Origin: a virus
Taxonomy: Duplodnaviria > Caudoviricetes
Length of the DNA stretch: 38,572 bases
Direction: 5' to 3' (one strand)
Virus record (IMG/VR): IMGVR_UViG_3300047375_000398
Location: 1 to 38,572 of that record
This document shows positions 19,475 through 28,863 of this stretch, piece by piece (the first letter of the stretch is position 1; the number at the start of each line of letters is the position of its first letter). The notes under the pieces are model-generated. The model made no database searches. It was not told where the DNA came from and saw nothing but the letters and a program-made list of their open reading frames with translations. Made by a program: the position numbers and the translations under genes.

Positions 19475-19819
19475 TTAGTATGTCCATATGGTCATTGGCG
19501 GAGCGCCATCATAACCTATACCTACATGAACAAAGTTGTTTTTTCTACTTATACCTATTCTTTTAAAACCTACTTCAATTGCAGCTTTAACTAACCTATA
19601 AGTAGCTTCACCTCCTGAACAAGCCATATCTACAGCTGCACCATAAGTATGCTCACCAGGTTTAGACTTACGCGCCTCTATTGGATGTTGAGGTGATCTG
19701 TATGTTGATGTTAATGTAATTGGATATCCATATGCTTCTCTAAGATCATCTAGCATCTCAAGAAGCTTAGGGTCCATTTTGTCAAAGTTATTAAATTCAG
19801 ATTCATTAAAATGTTTCAT
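19475..19819 (-). CDS. Peptidase M15A family (Zn peptidase) putative endolysin, 114 aa
   Basis: MDPKLLEMLDDLR, ITLTSTYR, EHTYGAAVD (H-x6-D) and FVHV zinc-ligand motifs. Confidence 0.8.
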   Translation of the reverse strand: MKHFNESEFNNFDKMDPKLLEMLDDLREAYGYPITLTSTYRSPQHPIEARKSKPGEHTYGAAVDMACSGGEATYRLVKAAIEVGFKRIGISRKNNFVHVGIGYDGAPPMTIWTY

Positions 19820-19823
19820 TGTA

Positions 19824-19976
19824 TTATTCTTTTGATTTCTTTAATATCATTAGTATTGTGTATCCTATTGATAACAATAAAACTACTGTCTGTAGTACTG
19901 TATTTATTTCAGGTATTACTGAAAATATCATTGCTCCTACGTTTATTCCAAAGATCTTAAAATCTTGTTCTATCAT
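19824..19976 (-). CDS. Small membrane protein, putative holin, 50 aa (not in ORF track)
   Basis: MIEQDFKIFGINVGAMIFSVIPEINTVLQTVVLLLSIGYTILMILKKSKE: two hydrophobic segments and a basic C-terminus. ATGA overlap with upstream gene, directly before the endolysin. Confidence 0.65.
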   Translation of the reverse strand: MIEQDFKIFGINVGAMIFSVIPEINTVLQTVVLLLSIGYTILMILKKSKE

Positions 19977-20398
19977 TGTTTATGTTTATTATTTCCAAAT
20001 ACCTTCTCGACGCCGCGAGAACCAAAATAGCCTCCTATGACTATAGTTAATAATGAAGTCACTGATTCCAGTGAATAGCCGGCGTACCACCCTATAACAT
20101 ATGATATTGTTAAAAATACAAGAACCAATGGTCGGACGTTGGACGCAAGCCAGTTACCGCTTCGAGCATCTGCTACCCATCTTTTGGTTGTGCCATCAAT
20201 TTCGGCTCTTTCTATTCTTAACTTTTCTAGTGCAACTTGTTTATCGCCTTCTGAAAGCTGAGAGTTACCACTAATTAGTTCTGATATTACATTTCCCGGC
20301 AATATTGCGTCGCCGACCATTCCTAGAATACTTGGTGCCTTTTCAATTAAAAATCGTCCGACACCTGTATCTTTAAAAGGTTTCTTTTTTTCACTCAT
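19973..20398 (-). CDS. Holin-like membrane protein (GTA holin 3TM-like), 141 aa
   Basis: RWVADARSGNWLASNVRPL followed by two TM helices, then GGYFGSRGVEK. Confidence 0.7.
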   Translation of the reverse strand: MSEKKKPFKDTGVGRFLIEKAPSILGMVGDAILPGNVISELISGNSQLSEGDKQVALEKLRIERAEIDGTTKRWVADARSGNWLASNVRPLVLVFLTISYVIGWYAGYSLESVTSLLTIVIGGYFGSRGVEKVFGNNKHKQ

Positions 20399-20408
20399 TT
20401 TATTTAAT

Positions 20409-23400
20409 TTAAGCTATTGCTAAAAATATATATTTATAACCATTTTCATTTAACATTGCATCAGCAATGTTTTGATTTGGAAACGAAAATCCTGTAGCTG
20501 TTGTTGTAAATGTATTTAACGTACTATCAGTTTCTGCGTTACTTAAATTAGGGTTTAAACATTTTCCACTACCTCTTACCGCATCAAGAATAGCCCAATT
20601 TTCTGGGTAAGTTGCTTGACTTGCTTTAACCATTATAAATCTAGGTTGAAACCCAGTGTAAATAGTAACTCCAGCGGTTTGTCCAATATAAGAGCCCACT
20701 TTACTATAACCCGGTATTGAAGTGAAACAATAGGCTATCATATTTGTGCCACTTACATTAGGACCGTAAATATCATTTCCAAGACCAAATACTTCAGAAG
20801 TAAATGCAGAATCTCTAAAATAATCTCCAGCGCCATTTTGCTGTGAATCTGAAGTGTTTAAATACAAGTGATAGTTAGTTGATAAATCTTTATGATAAGT
20901 AATCCACGAGTTGTACGTCGCAAGGTTTGCTGTACCTTTTGTGATTACAAGTTCAGCCTGTTGACCTAATCCTGTTCCTACAGTTGCATCATTACCATTA
21001 CCAGTCCAGCTAACAATACTAAATCCAGCATCTACATTAGCAGCAACTGTGCTTGGTATTGTACCATCAGTATTACCAGTTAAATAACCTGGCTGACCAA
21101 ATGTTACATTACTAGATGCGCCGCTATAATTACCACTTAAATCTACTGCATTTGTTTGTAGTGGATAAGCTGCAATACAGCCTGCACCTGCAGGATAGTT
21201 TAACGTATTATTACTTGCAGCTGGTTCTGTATATAAATCAGCTGCTTCACTTGAGGTTAATGTGTCATTAAATATTCTTAATTGAGCTATTTCCCCACTA
21301 AAAAAATTAACTGTACCACCTTGGCTTGCACCTGTTGTTACTGTTGGAGTTTGTCCGCTATGAGAATTTGAGCTAGCTGTCCAAGTAGTTGGAGATCCTC
21401 CATCTATATATGTATTATATGTGGTTTGATTAGATGTTACCGCTACATGATGCCAATTACCGTCATTATATGTTGTTGATGAAGCTGTCATATTGCTATC
21501 TCCACCGCTAAATCTTGTTGCCACATTAACTATACCATTATATAAATATAATTGTATATTATAATTATTACTAGTATAATCATCAAACAAAGCTCTGTTA
21601 CCTGTAGCTGTAGTTTTAAACCAAAGTGAAACACTAAATGTTGCTTTTGTAGAAAACATAGATGATAACCCAGATATAATAATATCACTATTACTACCAT
21701 TAAAGCCAGTTGATAAATTAGCTAAAGGTGCTTTCCAGTTCCAAGCTACGTATGTAGAATTATTTTCATTATTTAAATCACTAGGATAACTACCACTGCT
21801 TCCAGCTTGATAAGTAACCCCGTCTGTACCAAATGCAGATATATAACCATATTGGTCTATACTTCCCGCTGCGCCATTTGATGCAGAATATAAAGCAGAA
21901 CCTGTTCCTGCGCCATTAACTATATTCTGTAATAAGTGATTTGCCGTAGATGGACCTCTTTTTTTAGTCCAAGTAAAATCTGGGGCAAATCCTACGCCTG
22001 TAATTGATCTTGAGCTTGCGCCATTACCTGTATATAAAACAGTATTAAAGTGATCTAAAGCATTTATAGCTGCTGGTTCACATTCAACTTCTTTGTAAAG
22101 TGTAGATACATTAGCTGCTGATAGTGCTGAGTCGTATATCCTTATTTGGTCTAATTTTATATCAGAATACGATGTGCTCCCATTTGAGTAAGTAATGGCT
22201 CCAAATCTATTTGATTTTGTAGAACTTGTAGTGGTGGTTGGGATAGTAGAACCTGTATATGTATTAGATAAATTAGTTAATGTTTCTGCACTGCCATTTA
22301 AATATAAGTACATCGTTCCACTTGACCAAATAACGCAAATATGATGCCAAGTATTTGTGCTTAATGCTGTATTACCTCTATTATGTTGTCTATTATCAGA
22401 AGTATCTGCTACAAAAAAGTTTAAATAACCAGAAGCATCTGTACCAATTTGAATTCCTCCAACTTGAACTGATGAGTTATATTTTGTAAAGAAATTTTTA
22501 TCGGCATTTGAACTATTTACATCAACCCAGGCGGAAAAACTCCACGTTGTAGAGCCCTCATAAGTACTACTAAAGGCAGCTGGTAATGTTATAACACTGC
22601 TACTACCATTAAACGCTCCAGCAAATCCAAACTTACCTTCAGTGTTAAAGTTAACATTAGTAGCTGTACCATTGTAATTACCTAACTGATCTGTAGCATC
22701 TGACATTTTATAATATGCAACGCTGTTAGGGTTTGCGAGCTGATAATCTATATTATTACTTTGTGCTGTTGTAGTTGTTTCATTATACAAAGCTGTTACA
22801 GCTGATTGTGGTAAGGCTGTATTAAAAAATCTTATTTGGTCTAACTTTCCATCAAACTCATATCCAGAAGCTAAACTATATTTTCCTATTGTTACACCAT
22901 TTGTATTAAAGGATACAGTTCCTGACATCGTATCTGTAGCCTTTAATACTCCATTTAAATAAATTTTTCCAACTTGGTTTGAATCATAAGTAACTACAAT
23001 ATGCTCCCAACTTCCAGTACCAGAAGCAGTTGCTCGAAGATCCATGATTCCCCCTGCGGTATTGTTTAATTGAAAAACATATTCTGAGTAATTATATTCA
23101 AACTGCCAACCATAGCTTCCACTTGAACCATTGCCTTTATCTATGATAAAATCCCTATTTGTTGTATTTCTATTAACCCATACGCTTAAACTTGTAGGAG
23201 TTGTAAAATTAAATGCTTGGGCTCCCGGCGGGGATATTGTTATTGTACTATTACTCCCATTAAATACAGCAGCATTACCAAATTTTCCTGCTGCATAAGT
23301 TATATTACTAGCTGTACCATTATAAGAAACTGGATAACTTATGCTAGCGCTTTGTGCTGTTGTAGTTGTTTCATTATATAGAGTAGTTCGCTCTGTAGAA

Positions 23401-24116
23401 GATAATGCTTTGTCAAAGATTCTTATTTGGTCTATTGAACCATCGAAATAATAACCTGAACTATATGTTCCAACGTAAAGAACTGAAGAGTTTATTGATG
23501 CAGAGCCAGTTGAAATTGATACTTCTAAATTGTCATCTACATAAAGTTTTAAGCTAGAATTAGGTATGTCATCCACTATAACAGCTAAATGCCAATTACC
23601 ATCATTAAAATTACCACTACTGCTGTCAGCATAATAGTTTGTTCCTCTCCTTGATGAAATTTCAATTTTACCGCTTGATGGTTTTAAAAAGCAGTCAAAA
23701 TTAAATGCTGAACCATCACCATAATCTGAAACAATAGCTCTATTTCCTCCTGACGTAACTGAAGTTTTAAACCACACAGAACAAGATTTTGCAGAAGTAG
23801 AAGCTAACCAATTTGACAAAGGTAAAGTAATAACACTACTGCTGCCATTAAATACAGCAGCATTACCAAACTTACCAGCGGCATACGTTATATTGCTGGC
23901 TGTACCAGGATATGTATTGCTTGGTATAGAAGTCGTAGCATTATTTAACTGATACGTAGCTATAGATGTAGCTGATTGATTATAAGGTATTGAATTAGCA
24001 TTACTATTCAATTCATATGTAGCTACAGAAGCAGTTGATGTAGGTGCTGTAAATAACTGATCTGTGTCCGTTGTACACGCAATTCCAAAAGCTGATAACA
24101 GACTTTGTCCAAACAT
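20409..24116 (-). CDS. Tail fibre/adhesin with four LamG (ConA-like) domains and a C-terminal phage fibre domain, 1235 aa
   Basis: Repeated GKFGNAAVFNGS...SVWF...W(H/E)H...IDQIRIF...LYNE units. C-terminal FNTVLYTGNG...VAWNWKA...AGFSIVSWTGNG...YIFLAIA domain. Confidence 0.8.
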   Translation of the reverse strand: MFGQSLLSAFGIACTTDTDQLFTAPTSTASVATYELNSNANSIPYNQSATSIATYQLNNATTSIPSNTYPGTASNITYAAGKFGNAAVFNGSSSVITLPLSNWLASTSAKSCSVWFKTSVTSGGNRAIVSDYGDGSAFNFDCFLKPSSGKIEISSRRGTNYYADSSSGNFNDGNWHLAVIVDDIPNSSLKLYVDDNLEVSISTGSASINSSVLYVGTYSSGYYFDGSIDQIRIFDKALSSTERTTLYNETTTTAQSASISYPVSYNGTASNITYAAGKFGNAAVFNGSNSTITISPPGAQAFNFTTPTSLSVWVNRNTTNRDFIIDKGNGSSGSYGWQFEYNYSEYVFQLNNTAGGIMDLRATASGTGSWEHIVVTYDSNQVGKIYLNGVLKATDTMSGTVSFNTNGVTIGKYSLASGYEFDGKLDQIRFFNTALPQSAVTALYNETTTTAQSNNIDYQLANPNSVAYYKMSDATDQLGNYNGTATNVNFNTEGKFGFAGAFNGSSSVITLPAAFSSTYEGSTTWSFSAWVDVNSSNADKNFFTKYNSSVQVGGIQIGTDASGYLNFFVADTSDNRQHNRGNTALSTNTWHHICVIWSSGTMYLYLNGSAETLTNLSNTYTGSTIPTTTTSSTKSNRFGAITYSNGSTSYSDIKLDQIRIYDSALSAANVSTLYKEVECEPAAINALDHFNTVLYTGNGASSRSITGVGFAPDFTWTKKRGPSTANHLLQNIVNGAGTGSALYSASNGAAGSIDQYGYISAFGTDGVTYQAGSSGSYPSDLNNENNSTYVAWNWKAPLANLSTGFNGSNSDIIISGLSSMFSTKATFSVSLWFKTTATGNRALFDDYTSNNYNIQLYLYNGIVNVATRFSGGDSNMTASSTTYNDGNWHHVAVTSNQTTYNTYIDGGSPTTWTASSNSHSGQTPTVTTGASQGGTVNFFSGEIAQLRIFNDTLTSSEAADLYTEPAASNNTLNYPAGAGCIAAYPLQTNAVDLSGNYSGASSNVTFGQPGYLTGNTDGTIPSTVAANVDAGFSIVSWTGNGNDATVGTGLGQQAELVITKGTANLATYNSWITYHKDLSTNYHLYLNTSDSQQNGAGDYFRDSAFTSEVFGLGNDIYGPNVSGTNMIAYCFTSIPGYSKVGSYIGQTAGVTIYTGFQPRFIMVKASQATYPENWAILDAVRGSGKCLNPNLSNAETDSTLNTFTTTATGFSFPNQNIADAMLNENGYKYIFLAIA

Positions 24117-24119
24117 ACT

Positions 24120-24563
24120 TTAAGCTATTTGTGATATAGTATACCAAAATTCAGTGGCACCTACACATGTGATTTGTATAAAGTTTTTAGCAGCTGCAGT
24201 ATCACTATAGTCACCAGATATTTTATTAAATGTACCTGCTGATCCGCCAACTGTAAAACCTACTGTATATGAACCGCCTGCACCGGTTACAACTATAGCT
24301 TTAGTTACACCGATCACAGGATTAGTTATATTAAGTGTAGTATTAGCATTAGGTGTTAATGTAAATACTTGAGCTGCTGTATAATCTACATCAATTGTAG
24401 CCGCTGGTGTTAAAGCAGTAGCTGTTGTAAATTCAGTACCTACTTTAGTGCTGGTAACACTAGCCGCAGCTAATTTACTAGAAGTTACATTAGCATTGAC
24501 TATTTTTGATGTTGTGACTGCGTCGTCATTTAATACGTTACTTGTTACTTTTGTTAAAGCCAT
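24120..24563 (-). CDS. Short tail fibre/structural protein, 147 aa
   Basis: MALTKV N-terminus, 10-aa repeats (DDAVTTSKIV/NANVTSSKLA/AASVTSTKVG), beta-rich C-terminus. Confidence 0.6.
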   Translation of the reverse strand: MALTKVTSNVLNDDAVTTSKIVNANVTSSKLAAASVTSTKVGTEFTTATALTPAATIDVDYTAAQVFTLTPNANTTLNITNPVIGVTKAIVVTGAGGSYTVGFTVGGSAGTFNKISGDYSDTAAAKNFIQITCVGATEFWYTISQIA

Positions 24564-24569
24564 TTTTTA

Positions 24570-27254
24570 TTAATTTTCTTTTATTGCTAAGTAAATATAA
24601 GTTCCTCCAGATGCATTAACCCAGGTTTCAGCTGATGAAATTGTAAATCCTGTACTTGTAAATGCGGTATTCCAAGCGTTACTTTCTGCTGCAGCTGAAT
24701 TTGGAAATAAAGCATATGCATTTGATCCCATTCCTCTTGCGCTATCCATAATAACCCAAGAACCAGCAGCATCAGTTCTTTTAATCATAATAAACGAAGG
24801 TTCAAAACCTGTTGTAATTGAATTAGCGCTTGATGTTCCAGTATAAGAGCCCACTTTGCTATAACCTGGAATTGATGTGAAACAGTAGGCTATAAAACCA
24901 TTAGAAGTGTTTATCGATGCTCCAATACTAAAAACTGTACTTGTTGGCTCTGTTCCTGCAAATATAGACGGGGGCGAACCTGAATTTAAACTCTCCGCAG
25001 CGGTTGAATTTAATCTAATAAAGTAATTAGCAGGATTTGTTCCTCCATTTAAATACTTGTTATATGTCCACCAATCCCCAGTAGATAAAGATTTTACAAT
25101 ATACATTTCAGGTGCAGAACTTAATCCGTGTCCTATTGTTGCGCTTGATTGACTTTCTCCTGTATAATTCACAATACTAAATCCAGCAGCTTGATTTGCT
25201 GAAACTAAACTTGTAATAGATCCATCTGTGTTTATAGATGCTAATCCCCCAGCTTTCCAAGACCAAGCAACACTATTAAACCCACTTTCATTAACACTTC
25301 CAAAAGCTGAAGCTCCTAAAGTAAAACCATTACTATCATAACTCATTAAATCATAACCACTATCATCAAACTCTGCTCCTGTTCCTGTGTAACCTCCGAT
25401 TGTAGTAGCTACTCCAGAATTTAAAAATTTGTTCACACCTCTTATACTATTATAAATTTGATATGGATAAGCACCTGTTCTATTTTTAAACCAAATTAAA
25501 TCGGGTTTAAAACTTATTGTACCTGATTGATTTGATAAAGAATTAGTAGATTGTGCACTATTTGTTCCAGAATATGTTTCTGCGTTAAAACTATTAGCTA
25601 AACTAGGTGTTGTTGTAGAGCCGTCTGCAGCTATAGCTAAGTAGATGTAAGACCTACCACTCATATTAATGCCTGAGTCATTAGTTAAAAGCTCAAATCC
25701 ATTAGACAGAAAGTTTGCTTTAGCATAAATATCATTTACCTGTTCAGCGCCGCTAGCTTCAGCGTAAAGAACATTGTCTCTTGGATTACTTGAATTCCTT
25801 TTATTATCCAACATAACCCATCCACCTCCATGTGTATAACCTTTTATCATTAAGAATGCAGGTTCAAATCCTGTTTGTATTATATGGCTTGTTGTACCAT
25901 TACCAGCATAATAGTCTACTTTACTAAAACCTGGTTTTGATGCAAAATTATATGCTATATACTCTCCGCCACTAGCGTTTACAGACGAACTTGCACTTAT
26001 AGAAACAGTTGTAGTATTTCCGCCTAACATAACACCATCTGCTTGTTGTGCATCACTTGTATTTAAATATAAATTATTATTAGCAGATAAAAAAGATGAA
26101 TATACATACCAATATCCTGTCGAATCTGTTCTTTTAACCATAGATATATTGACTTGGCTTCCTAAACCATGCCCAAAAGTTGCACCACTTGTTCCATTTC
26201 CTGTATATTTAGAAATGCTAAATCCTAAAGTAGTATTAGCACTAACTTGACTTGTTATAGTTCCATCAGTATTTGCTACAGGAGCTCCTCCAGCTTTCCA
26301 AGCCCATGCAACCCAATCATTAGATGCATATCTGGAACTTCCAGTTGTAAAACTAGTTGAACCAATTGCAGTTATTCCACTGTCATTAGCTTGAGCGCTA
26401 TTAAGATTAGGATACACATTTTCATAAGTTGTACCTCCATCTTTACCTCTAACGCTATCAAGAAGAAAATGATTATTAACGTAATTTCTACTTTTAATCC
26501 AAATCATATCAGATTCAAAACCAGTAGATATAGACCTAGTGCTTGAACCGTTTCCAGACCATATAACAGGGGTAAAATGATTACTAGGAAGATCAGGAGT
26601 TACAGTTATATTAAATGATCTAGCAGAACTAGTTTGATTTTCATCATCTGTAGCTGTAATACTAAATGTTGTTGTTGTAGACGCTGATACAGAACCTGCT
26701 GTACCTGTAATAGCTCCTGTAGCTGTTGCTAAAGATAAACCTGTTGGTAAAGTACCTGTGGTTACAGCGTACTCTATAGTATCACTGCCTTCTGTAGCTG
26801 TTACTTGAAAAGAAGCTGTGGATCCTGATTGAACACTACCTATATTACCTGAAGCTGTTGACCACACTGGTACACCGCTATATTGTATAAAGTTTGCTTG
26901 TGAAACTGTACCACCATCTGGGTTTGTTACCGCTACAGTATATTGACCAGCTGCTTTAGCTGGTGTAGTAATTGTAATTTGTGTAGCAGAATTAAAAGCT
27001 GTAACAGCTGACGTACCACCTACTGTACAAGTTATACCTGAAGCAAATAATGTACCATTAATAATAACACTTTCACCTCCTGCGGGATCTGCAGCTGTTT
27101 GAGTTCCAGGATAATCAATAGATGTTATTGTAGGATCAAGAATAGTTGATGCCCAAGACATGCCACCTGTACCATCAGCCTTTAAAAACTGACCGTCTGT
27201 ACCGTTATCTGATACGCCATAAAATTGTCCTGCCTTAGGTTTAGTTTGAGCCAT
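24570..27254 (-). CDS. Tail fibre with IPT/TIG and putative Ig domains plus two tandem C-terminal fibre domains, 894 aa
   Basis: PTITSI...VIINGTLF...ITITTPAKAAGQYTVAVTNPDG (IPT). GTLPTGLSLATATGAITGT (He_PIG-like). Two copies of a domain ending YIYLAI. Confidence 0.75.
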   Translation of the reverse strand: MAQTKPKAGQFYGVSDNGTDGQFLKADGTGGMSWASTILDPTITSIDYPGTQTAADPAGGESVIINGTLFASGITCTVGGTSAVTAFNSATQITITTPAKAAGQYTVAVTNPDGGTVSQANFIQYSGVPVWSTASGNIGSVQSGSTASFQVTATEGSDTIEYAVTTGTLPTGLSLATATGAITGTAGSVSASTTTTFSITATDDENQTSSARSFNITVTPDLPSNHFTPVIWSGNGSSTRSISTGFESDMIWIKSRNYVNNHFLLDSVRGKDGGTTYENVYPNLNSAQANDSGITAIGSTSFTTGSSRYASNDWVAWAWKAGGAPVANTDGTITSQVSANTTLGFSISKYTGNGTSGATFGHGLGSQVNISMVKRTDSTGYWYVYSSFLSANNNLYLNTSDAQQADGVMLGGNTTTVSISASSSVNASGGEYIAYNFASKPGFSKVDYYAGNGTTSHIIQTGFEPAFLMIKGYTHGGGWVMLDNKRNSSNPRDNVLYAEASGAEQVNDIYAKANFLSNGFELLTNDSGINMSGRSYIYLAIAADGSTTTPSLANSFNAETYSGTNSAQSTNSLSNQSGTISFKPDLIWFKNRTGAYPYQIYNSIRGVNKFLNSGVATTIGGYTGTGAEFDDSGYDLMSYDSNGFTLGASAFGSVNESGFNSVAWSWKAGGLASINTDGSITSLVSANQAAGFSIVNYTGESQSSATIGHGLSSAPEMYIVKSLSTGDWWTYNKYLNGGTNPANYFIRLNSTAAESLNSGSPPSIFAGTEPTSTVFSIGASINTSNGFIAYCFTSIPGYSKVGSYTGTSSANSITTGFEPSFIMIKRTDAAGSWVIMDSARGMGSNAYALFPNSAAAESNAWNTAFTSTGFTISSAETWVNASGGTYIYLAIKEN

Positions 27255-27626
27255 TTATTCTGTTATTAAATCCCACTCTTGATTTTCTTCATCCCATGTA
27301 TATCTTTCTCCATCATCTGGATACTCAACTGGTGCTTGCCATAAACATGATGTTTCATCTAGCGTCCAGCTAGCATATGGTTTAGGTGGAATAAATGCAT
27401 CGCGAGCATAGTCATAAGTATATCCTATACCTGCATAATTTTTTCTATATGGAGTACCATCACCTGAGTGTACACCACCACTTGTATTGTAAGAAGTTCT
27501 TTTACAAACTTGTTTTCTTACATCTTGGTATTCTAGTTCCCAGTTTGTATTTGTATCGCCTTCGTCTCTACCTACTATTACTTCGGTTACTACGTTAGCC
27601 ATATCTAAAAATGCGTAATGTGCCAT
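27255..27626 (-). CDS. Fibre-associated small protein, 123 aa
   Basis: MAHYAFLD...KRTSYNT...RKNYAGIGYTYD...DAFIPPKPYASWTLDE...WDEENQEW, a family I recall next to Gly-rich fibre genes in aquatic phages. Confidence 0.65.
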   Translation of the reverse strand: MAHYAFLDMANVVTEVIVGRDEGDTNTNWELEYQDVRKQVCKRTSYNTSGGVHSGDGTPYRKNYAGIGYTYDYARDAFIPPKPYASWTLDETSCLWQAPVEYPDDGERYTWDEENQEWDLITE

Positions 27627-27630
27627 ATTA

Positions 27631-28863
27631 TTAGTTAAATTGTATATTTCCTGTTCCTGCTGTAAATACTGCTATTTTTTCAGAGCCAGATGTAATATCA
27701 ATAGCTCCTGTTAGTCCTGCGGATTTTGTTAATGTATTAGCCGCTGGGTATCTTAGTATAACAGTGCCTGATCCGCCATTTCCTCCTGATTCCGTTGATG
27801 TATAAAGCCCTAAATAAGCAGGACCACCACCGCCACCAGCTGTATTTGTAGTCCCCGCTTGTCCCCCAGCTGGCCTTGATGCTGCCGTATTACCACCACC
27901 ACCAAGTCCTCCAGTTCCTGGTGTATATCCAGCAGTATCATTTTTAGATCCTCCAGCGCCACCTCCTGAAAAATATACAGAACCTCCATTTACTTCACCA
28001 ACACTATATACGCCTGCTTCTGATGTGCTTATAATTGTTGTAGTTGCACCAACACCACCACTTCCTGCAGTTGTACCTACACCTGCTGTTCCAGCCGCAC
28101 CAGCACCGCCGCCACCGCCTCCAGAATAGTTAGCTCCATAAGTACCTCCTGCACCATCATTACCTTGTGAGGGGGTTGTTGAAGGCGTATTACCTGATCC
28201 GGCTCTAGCTACTGGATAACCACCACCACCGCCACCAGAACCACCATCTGCGTTTGTGGTTGCGCCGTCATAGTTTTTAATACCACCACCACCGCCGGTT
28301 GATGTAATAGTACTAAATACTGAATCTGAACCTTGTGATGCATTATTTGTATTCTGAAGTGCACCGCCACCTCCAGCTCCTATTGTAACTACCGCACTAA
28401 TTCCTGCGGTTAAAGTTAAAGATCCTGTTCTATAACCGCCAGCTCCACCACCACCGTTTGATGCACCGCCACCGCCTGCGGCTACTAAATAATTAGCCGT
28501 TACTGGACCGGCAATTAACGCAATATTATCAGCTGTCCAGCCTTTTGTAGCGTCCTGATAAACTAAATTTACAGTTGCATTGTTTGTTACACATTTATAA
28601 TCATCAGTTGTTCCTTGTATTTTTTCAGAACCATTAGAAGCAAATATCACTTTGTTAGCTGCAAATGTACCAGCATAGTCTTGTATAATAACTTCGTTAC
28701 CAACTACTCCTGCTGGTAAAGTAACTGTTATTTCTGCCGAGGTAGTATTAACAAAATAACCTTTTGCAGCTTCAGCTGTAAAATTACTTGTCTGGATGGT
28801 TGATACCCATTCAGTACCAAAAGTTCCGTCTATTAAGTTTTTTGTTAATTTTGTTAATGCCAT
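27631..28863 (-). CDS. Gly-rich tail fibre protein, 410 aa
   Basis: N-terminal GYFVNTT...TLPAG...QDYAGTF module, then a glycine-rich domain (YLVAAGGGG...GGSGTVILRYP). Confidence 0.7.
   Translation of the reverse strand: MALTKLTKNLIDGTFGTEWVSTIQTSNFTAEAAKGYFVNTTSAEITVTLPAGVVGNEVIIQDYAGTFAANKVIFASNGSEKIQGTTDDYKCVTNNATVNLVYQDATKGWTADNIALIAGPVTANYLVAAGGGGASNGGGGAGGYRTGSLTLTAGISAVVTIGAGGGGALQNTNNASQGSDSVFSTITSTGGGGGIKNYDGATTNADGGSGGGGGGYPVARAGSGNTPSTTPSQGNDGAGGTYGANYSGGGGGGAGAAGTAGVGTTAGSGGVGATTTIISTSEAGVYSVGEVNGGSVYFSGGGAGGSKNDTAGYTPGTGGLGGGGNTAASRPAGGQAGTTNTAGGGGGPAYLGLYTSTESGGNGGSGTVILRYPAANTLTKSAGLTGAIDITSGSEKIAVFTAGTGNIQFN

Noticed and set aside
19973-20398. GC-richer patches in the holin-like gene suggesting a nested Rz1-type ORF
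   Set aside because: The +1 frame contains several stops, and I found no lipobox-bearing nested ORF.
20687-24893. Possible diversity-generating retroelement TR/VR pair
   Set aside because: The repeat is only 52 nt, both copies are coding, mismatches are synonymous and not adenine-specific, and no reverse transcriptase is in the window.
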